Source of the DNA: Actinomycetota bacterium
GTDB taxonomy: Bacteria; Actinomycetota; Actinomycetes; Actinomycetales; Microbacteriaceae
NCBI GenBank assembly: GCA_041180265.1
Contig: JBEGRY010000001.1
Span: 1 to 53,070 of the forward strand
Length of the DNA: 53,070 nt
Direction of reading: 5' to 3'
Part shown: positions 48,518 through 53,070 of the stretch, piece by piece
How positions within the stretch are numbered: position 1 is the stretch's first letter
Layout of the letters: each line of letters starts with the position of its first letter
Made by a program: the position numbers and the translations under genes
Notes under the pieces: model-generated
What the model was told of the DNA's origin: nothing
The model's database searches: none
Seen by the model: the letters and a program-made list of their open reading frames with translations, nothing else

Positions 48518-49546
48518 GTGCATGTTCTGAGCGTGAGTAGCCTCAAAGGCGGTGTTGGCAAGACCACCGTCGCTCTCGGTTTGGCCTCGGCAGCATTTGC
48601 CAAAGGGCTGAGAACTCTGGTGGTTGATCTAGACCCGCAGTGTGATGCCTCGACCGCGCTCGGCGCGATCGGAGAATTCCGCGAGACCGTGGCTGAGGTT
48701 CTGCAAAATCCAAAGCACAACATTGTGCACCGAGCAATAGTGGCTAGCACCTGGGGCAAGGTGCAGACCGGCTACATCGATGTAATGATCGGCAGCCCGC
48801 GAGCTTTAGCTTTCGATACGCCGAATCCAACACTGCGCGATGTTTGGAAACTCGAGGAGGCGCTAAGTCGAATCGAAAAAGAATACGACTTGGTAATCAT
48901 TGACACCCCGCCATCTATAAACGGACTCACTCGCACCGCTTGGGTTTCGAGTGACCGAGTTCTAATTGTTTCGGAGCCATCGATCTTCTCGGTGCTAGCC
49001 GCCGAGCGCGCGATGCGTGCCATCGACGAGCTTCGCAAGGGTCTAACCTCTCGCCTGCACCCACTCGGCGTGGTCATTAATAGATTCAGGCCGCAGTCTA
49101 AAGAGCATCTGTTCCGCGCTCAGGAGCTTGCCGAACTGTTCCCCGAAGAATTGCTGACCGTGCGACTCGAAGAGCGCGCGACTATTCAGCAGGCTCAGGG
49201 CGCCGCTAGGCCGATTCACACCTGGCCAGGCGACCACGCTGCAGAAATTGCCAACATATTCGATGAAATTTTGAACGCCGCGCTGGAATCGTTCCGCAAG
49301 GTGGTTCCGACTCGTCACGATAAGTCCGATAAGCGCAAGGCGCGCCTGAGCAAGATTATGCGGGGCCAAAATCTTGATACTGTGCTGGCGCTTGAGGCAC
49401 TCGAAGAAACCAATTCTCTAATCGAACCAACAGCGCAGGAACAAGTTCCTGTGGTGCAAAAAGATTTTGATTCAATGACGGCAATTGAAAAGCTTGAAGC
49501 TCTAGCCGCGCTGGAATTACCACCGGCTAAGCCAGAAGACATTTAG
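48518..49546 (+). CDS. ParA/Soj family ATPase with a C-terminal extension
   Basis: KGGVGKTT, DLDPQ and IDTPPS motifs. No parB nearby. Confidence 0.9.
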   Translation: MHVLSVSSLKGGVGKTTVALGLASAAFAKGLRTLVVDLDPQCDASTALGAIGEFRETVAEVLQNPKHNIVHRAIVASTWGKVQTGYIDVMIGSPRALAFDTPNPTLRDVWKLEEALSRIEKEYDLVIIDTPPSINGLTRTAWVSSDRVLIVSEPSIFSVLAAERAMRAIDELRKGLTSRLHPLGVVINRFRPQSKEHLFRAQELAELFPEELLTVRLEERATIQQAQGAARPIHTWPGDHAAEIANIFDEILNAALESFRKVVPTRHDKSDKRKARLSKIMRGQNLDTVLALEALEETNSLIEPTAQEQVPVVQKDFDSMTAIEKLEALAALELPPAKPEDI

Positions 49547-50094
49547 ATAGCTTTGCGAGTTTGACGACGAGCGGCAAGCTCATCCATGTCGTCAACGTGA
49601 CTCTCTTTGATGTTCACTAGCGAAGCCTCAACCTCGCGAAGCACACGACCAACCGCGATTCCGAATACACCTTGGCCGCGGCCCAAAAGATCCATTACCT
49701 CGTCTTGAGTAGTGCACAGGTAAACACGTGCTCCATCAGACATTAGGGTGATCGCTGCAAGGTCATTAATACCTGCGGCACGAAGCTGATCTACAGCGAT
49801 GCGAATCTGCTGCAGCGAAACACCGGTATCAAGCAGACGCTTGACCAGTTTCAAAACCAGAATGTCACGGAAAGCATAGAGACGCTGCGAACCAGAACCT
49901 GCAGCACCGCGAACACTTGGCTGCACTAAACCGGTTCGATCCCAGTAATCCAATTGGCGGTAACTAATTCCGCAAGCCGATGCTGCAGAAGTTCCGCGGT
50001 AGCCAACCTTTGGGTCGCTCGATGGCAAACCATCGGTGAAAAGCATGCTCGAGGCATAGTCGTAAGGAGCACCGGTCAGGTCTTGATCAGACAT
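49543..50094 (-). CDS. MerR-family regulator, Rv1830/McdR-like
   Basis: GYRG..A....GISYRQLDYW.RT.LV.PS, GSGSQRLY, GQGVFGIA and DELAARR motifs. Confidence 0.9.
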   Translation of the reverse strand: MSDQDLTGAPYDYASSMLFTDGLPSSDPKVGYRGTSAASACGISYRQLDYWDRTGLVQPSVRGAAGSGSQRLYAFRDILVLKLVKRLLDTGVSLQQIRIAVDQLRAAGINDLAAITLMSDGARVYLCTTQDEVMDLLGRGQGVFGIAVGRVLREVEASLVNIKESHVDDMDELAARRQTRKAI

Positions 50095-50180
50095 CTGGCT
50101 TCCTCTCGCCTCGCTTAACGTTCAACTACAAGTTTAATTGTTGCCCTTTTCCCGAGGATGTCGGGTTAATTTAATTATCC

Positions 50181-50189
50181 GGCGTGTCG
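50181..50189 (-). promoter_or_regulatory. GACAC (WhiA-type) box upstream of the Rv1830-like regulator
   Basis: CGACACGCC on the minus strand in the intergenic region. Confidence 0.45.
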
Positions 50190-50206
50190 CCCGAATATAA
50201 AAGGTT

Positions 50207-50902
50207 CTAGCCGTCGATCTTGCCGATTACCGACCGAATCAGCTCGGCACGAATGCTCGAGAACTGATTTTCGATTTCGGCTGCGTAGTGGGCCGCGCGT
50301 GAACGCGAGGCGGTGTCATTCTTACCGAGCACCGGGGCCACTACTCCCTCGATGATGCCAATTTCACGCTCGGCAGACGCTTTGATACCGCGCAGGTGTC
50401 GCGGCTGAATACCAAATCGCTGCAGGTGCACGATGGCGCGAGCAATTTCAACCGATGACGAGTCGAATGGTTCTTCGGTGAGCAACGATACGTCTTGCGC
50501 CTCGGAAATAAGCGAATCAGTAATTGCGGTTTCGGCAATTAGCTCAATACGAGAAAGCTTTTTAAGCTTGCCCTGACGCAGGTGGTGCGGGTTGACCGAA
50601 CCGCCCGGCAGGGTTGGCTGCTTGCCTTCATCAAGGTCGGCTAAATAGCCACGGATGACCTTGAGCGGCAAATACTGGTCACGCTGCAGCTCGAGCACGA
50701 TCTGAATTCGTTCGATATCTAGATCGGTGAACTTGCGATAACCCGATGGGGTGCGTTGCGGGGTAACTAGACCCTGCTCTTCAAGAAAACGAAGTTTTGA
50801 CGGGGTTAGGTCTGGAAAGGTTGGGTTCAGAACGTTTAACACCTGCCCGATGTTGTAAAGCTTTGCCGCTCTCGCGGTGAAAAGCTTGGCCGCTTCTGCC
50901 AT
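50207..50902 (-). CDS. ftsR: MerR-family regulator, Rv1828/FtsR-like
   Basis: IGQVL..L...FPD...SK.RFLE..GL..P.RTPSGYRKF, QRD.YLPLKVI and GI.PRHLR motifs. Coupled to garA (TAATG). Confidence 0.82.
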   Translation of the reverse strand: MAEAAKLFTARAAKLYNIGQVLNVLNPTFPDLTPSKLRFLEEQGLVTPQRTPSGYRKFTDLDIERIQIVLELQRDQYLPLKVIRGYLADLDEGKQPTLPGGSVNPHHLRQGKLKKLSRIELIAETAITDSLISEAQDVSLLTEEPFDSSSVEIARAIVHLQRFGIQPRHLRGIKASAEREIGIIEGVVAPVLGKNDTASRSRAAHYAAEIENQFSSIRAELIRSVIGKIDG

Positions 50903-51354
50903 TATTCCCCCTGAACCAAATCTGCTTTAGAAGCATAAAAGGTTAAACGGAACTTTCCAATTTGGACTTCTGCACCATCTTCTAGTAGTGCGTTTTCGAT
51001 ACGCACACCATCGAAGTAGGTACCATTGAGCGAGGCCAAATCCTTGATCTGAAAAGTCTTTTCGTGACGGTGAAACTCTGCGTGGCGGCGAGAAACGGTT
51101 ACGTCGTCGAGAAAAATGTCTGCGTTTGGGTGCCGACCAACTGTGGTGACATCTTGGTCGAGCAAGAAACGAGATCCCTCGTTTGGACCGCGCTGCACAA
51201 TTAGCAAAGCCGAGCCAGATGGCAAAGCCTCAATGGCTTTTTGCTCTTCGGGGTTTAGGTGGGTGCCGGCTTCGGCAAGCAGGTCTGAGTCAAAACTGCG
51301 GGTTGACTCGACTTCGTCGTTAGGGCCCCCAGCGCCCAACTCTGTAGATTGCAT
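50902..51354 (-). CDS. garA: FHA-domain protein GarA/OdhI
   Basis: ALL.V.RGPN.GSRFLLD, GRHP..DIFLDDVTVSRRH, SLNGTY and QIGKFRL motifs. Confidence 0.92.
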   Translation of the reverse strand: MQSTELGAGGPNDEVESTRSFDSDLLAEAGTHLNPEEQKAIEALPSGSALLIVQRGPNEGSRFLLDQDVTTVGRHPNADIFLDDVTVSRRHAEFHRHEKTFQIKDLASLNGTYFDGVRIENALLEDGAEVQIGKFRLTFYASKADLVQGE

Positions 51355-51379
51355 TTGACCTACTCCTTAGAGCATTAGC

Positions 51380-51973
51380 CTAATGGTTTTTAGCAGTGCC
51401 TTTTTTCACGACGTCGGCTACCTGACGAAGGTAAACAATTCCCGCCCACCAGTAAAGCCCAACGCCCCATAGTGCGAACGCCCAAGCTAACGGTTGGATT
51501 ACGAACGCACCGGCCTGCCAAATATCGGCGATCAAGAGCAGCGGGAACGCATATAGAAGTGCGAAGGTTCCGGCCTTACCCAGATAGTGCACCGGCAGCG
51601 GCCCGTATCCATGGGTAGCCAGAATCGGATAACTGATCATCAGGATTAGATCGCGACTGATGATTGCGAAAGCTAACCAAAGCGGAATCACGTGAGTGAC
51701 GGCCAGGCCAATCAGGGTAGAAAAAATGTAAAGGCGGTCGGCGGCTGGGTCGAGCAGCTGACCCAGACGAGTTACCTGGTTCCACTTGCGAGCAAAATAA
51801 CCATCGAGGTAATCGGTGATGCCGGCCAGTGCCAGCACGCTGATCGCCAAGAGGTGACGCTCACTGAGAATCAAAACCAAAAACACCGGCACCAGAGCAA
51901 GTCTGAGCATGCTGAGCAAATTAGGAACAGTCAAAAACTGCTCTTTCATGCTCAGAGTCGGCTGTGTGCTCAT
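51380..51973 (-). CDS. pgsA2: CDP-alcohol phosphatidyltransferase (PgsA2/cardiolipin synthase-like)
   Basis: PN.LS..R, D..DG..AR...Q...G..LDP.ADR and GKA.T motifs. Upstream of garA as in other actinobacteria. Confidence 0.85.
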   Translation of the reverse strand: MSTQPTLSMKEQFLTVPNLLSMLRLALVPVFLVLILSERHLLAISVLALAGITDYLDGYFARKWNQVTRLGQLLDPAADRLYIFSTLIGLAVTHVIPLWLAFAIISRDLILMISYPILATHGYGPLPVHYLGKAGTFALLYAFPLLLIADIWQAGAFVIQPLAWAFALWGVGLYWWAGIVYLRQVADVVKKGTAKNH

Positions 51974-52040
51974 GTTGCCGAGTTTACGTGATGAGAGGGC
52001 ATGTCCCCAACTATTGATTTTTCAACGCTACTAGATGACC

Positions 52041-52067
52041 TAAAGGTAGCGCTCAGCGAGCGATACC
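52041..52067 (-). terminator. probable terminator after der
   Basis: GGTATCGCTC-gct-GAGCGCTACC hairpin (9 of 10 pairs) followed by TTT on the minus strand. Confidence 0.55.
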
Positions 52068-52078
52068 AACCGAATTGA

Positions 52079-53070
52079 TTAGCGCTTGCGCTTTTCGCGC
52101 ACTCGCATACCAACCTCGATTGGTGTTCCTTCGAAACCATATGTTTCGCGCAAACGACGCTGAATGAAACGACGGTAACCCGCCTCGAGGAATCCGGTGG
52201 TGAACAACACAACCTTAGGCGGCCTTGAGCCAGCCTGGGTTGCAAAAAGAATTCTCGGTTGCTTGCCGCCACGAACCGGGTGCGGTGTCTCCATGGCAAG
52301 TTCCTGAATGAATGCGTTCAACTTTCCGGTTGGAATGCGCTTGTCCCATGAGTCAAGAGCAACCTCTAGCGCCGGCACAAGTTTCTCTAGGTGGCGACCG
52401 GTCTTTGCAGAAATGTTTACTCGAGGCGCCCAATCAACGTGCGCTAGGTCTTGCTCAATCTCGCGTTCCAAATAGCGGCGACGTTCGTCGTCTAGTTCGT
52501 CCCACTTGTTGAAGGCGAGCACCAGCGCACGACCTGATTCAAGAGCCATGTCAACAATGCGAATATCGGCTTCGCTAATTGGTTGTGTTACATCGAACAG
52601 CACCACAGCTACTTCGGCACGCTCAAGTGCGGCCGCAGTGCGAAGTGAAGCGTAAAAGTCTGCGCCTTGGGTTAGATGCACGCGACGACGAATACCAGCG
52701 GTGTCAACGAAACGCCAGATGCGACCACCAAGCTCGACCTGTTCATCGATTGGATCACGAGTGGTTCCGGCAAGATCGTTTACCACTGCGCGTTCCGCGC
52801 CTACCGCCTTATTCAAAAGTGAGGACTTGCCAACGTTTGGTCGACCAATCAGTGCAACGCGACGAGGCCCGCCGAATTCTTCTTTGGCAACCGCCGAAAC
52901 CTTTGGCAAAACCTTCATGGCAGCATCGAGCATGTCTGCAACTCCACGGCCGTGCAGCGCAGATACCGGATACGGTTCACCGAGGCCTAGACTCCAAAGC
53001 CCGGCGGCTTCTGGTTCTTGGCGAATGTCGTCGATCTTGTTAGCAATCAGCAGCACTGGCTTACCTGATG
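52079..53070 (-). CDS. der: ribosome biogenesis GTPase Der, C-terminal part (truncated by window edge)
   Basis: End of G domain 1 (ANKID, SALHG), G domain 2 ([22 protein letters not shown]) and a KH-like tail with FEGTPI. Confidence 0.97.
   Translation of the reverse strand, partial: SGKPVLLIANKIDDIRQEPEAAGLWSLGLGEPYPVSALHGRGVADMLDAAMKVLPKVSAVAKEEFGGPRRVALIGRPNVGKSSLLNKAVGAERAVVNDLAGTTRDPIDEQVELGGRIWRFVDTAGIRRRVHLTQGADFYASLRTAAALERAEVAVVLFDVTQPISEADIRIVDMALESGRALVLAFNKWDELDDERRRYLEREIEQDLAHVDWAPRVNISAKTGRHLEKLVPALEVALDSWDKRIPTGKLNAFIQELAMETPHPVRGGKQPRILFATQAGSRPPKVVLFTTGFLEAGYRRFIQRRLRETYGFEGTPIEVGMRVREKRKR

Noticed and set aside
51974-52078. Possible tRNA or sRNA between der and pgsA2
   Set aside because: There is no cloverleaf or T-loop motif. 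The space is explained by a terminator hairpin and the pgsA2 promoter.
1-53070. Mobile elements, prophage, defence systems, CRISPR, rRNA
   Set aside because: Nearly all sequence is assigned to syntenic housekeeping genes. I saw no transposase, integrase, nuclease or spaced direct repeats.

Overview
About 53 kb of housekeeping chromosome from an actinobacterium with roughly 50% GC (estimated by eye). Gene content, synteny and compaction point to a streamlined Microbacteriaceae, probably Rhodoluna/Aquiluna-like (inference). In order it holds: the 3' end of qcrB; a terminator-bounded ABM-monooxygenase plus stand-alone TipAS pair; the aa3 oxidase genes ctaC-ctaD-ctaF; erpA; an M20 dipeptidase; DUF3043; pyrD-nrdR-hisD; a flavin reductase; dnaE-rluD-lspA; and the full dcw cluster (mraZ to divIVA). 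After that come the conserved idsA/Rv2175c/LysM/pknL/aroG/plsC/glk/fadD block, def, two orphan ParA/MinD ATPases flanking pyc, the reduced pgsA2-garA-ftsR(Rv1828)-Rv1830 locus and the 3' part of der. I found no rRNA, tRNA, CRISPR array, transposase, integrase or prophage, and no convincing large novel system. The best leads are the ABM-TipAS insert among the respiratory genes, a cell-division regulatory network readable in the DNA (FtsR-like palindrome, WhiA-like GACAC boxes, MraZ repeats), a non-canonical MurE specificity motif, a LexA-like box at nrdR, a LysM hydrolase coupled to PknL, and many leaderless promoters.
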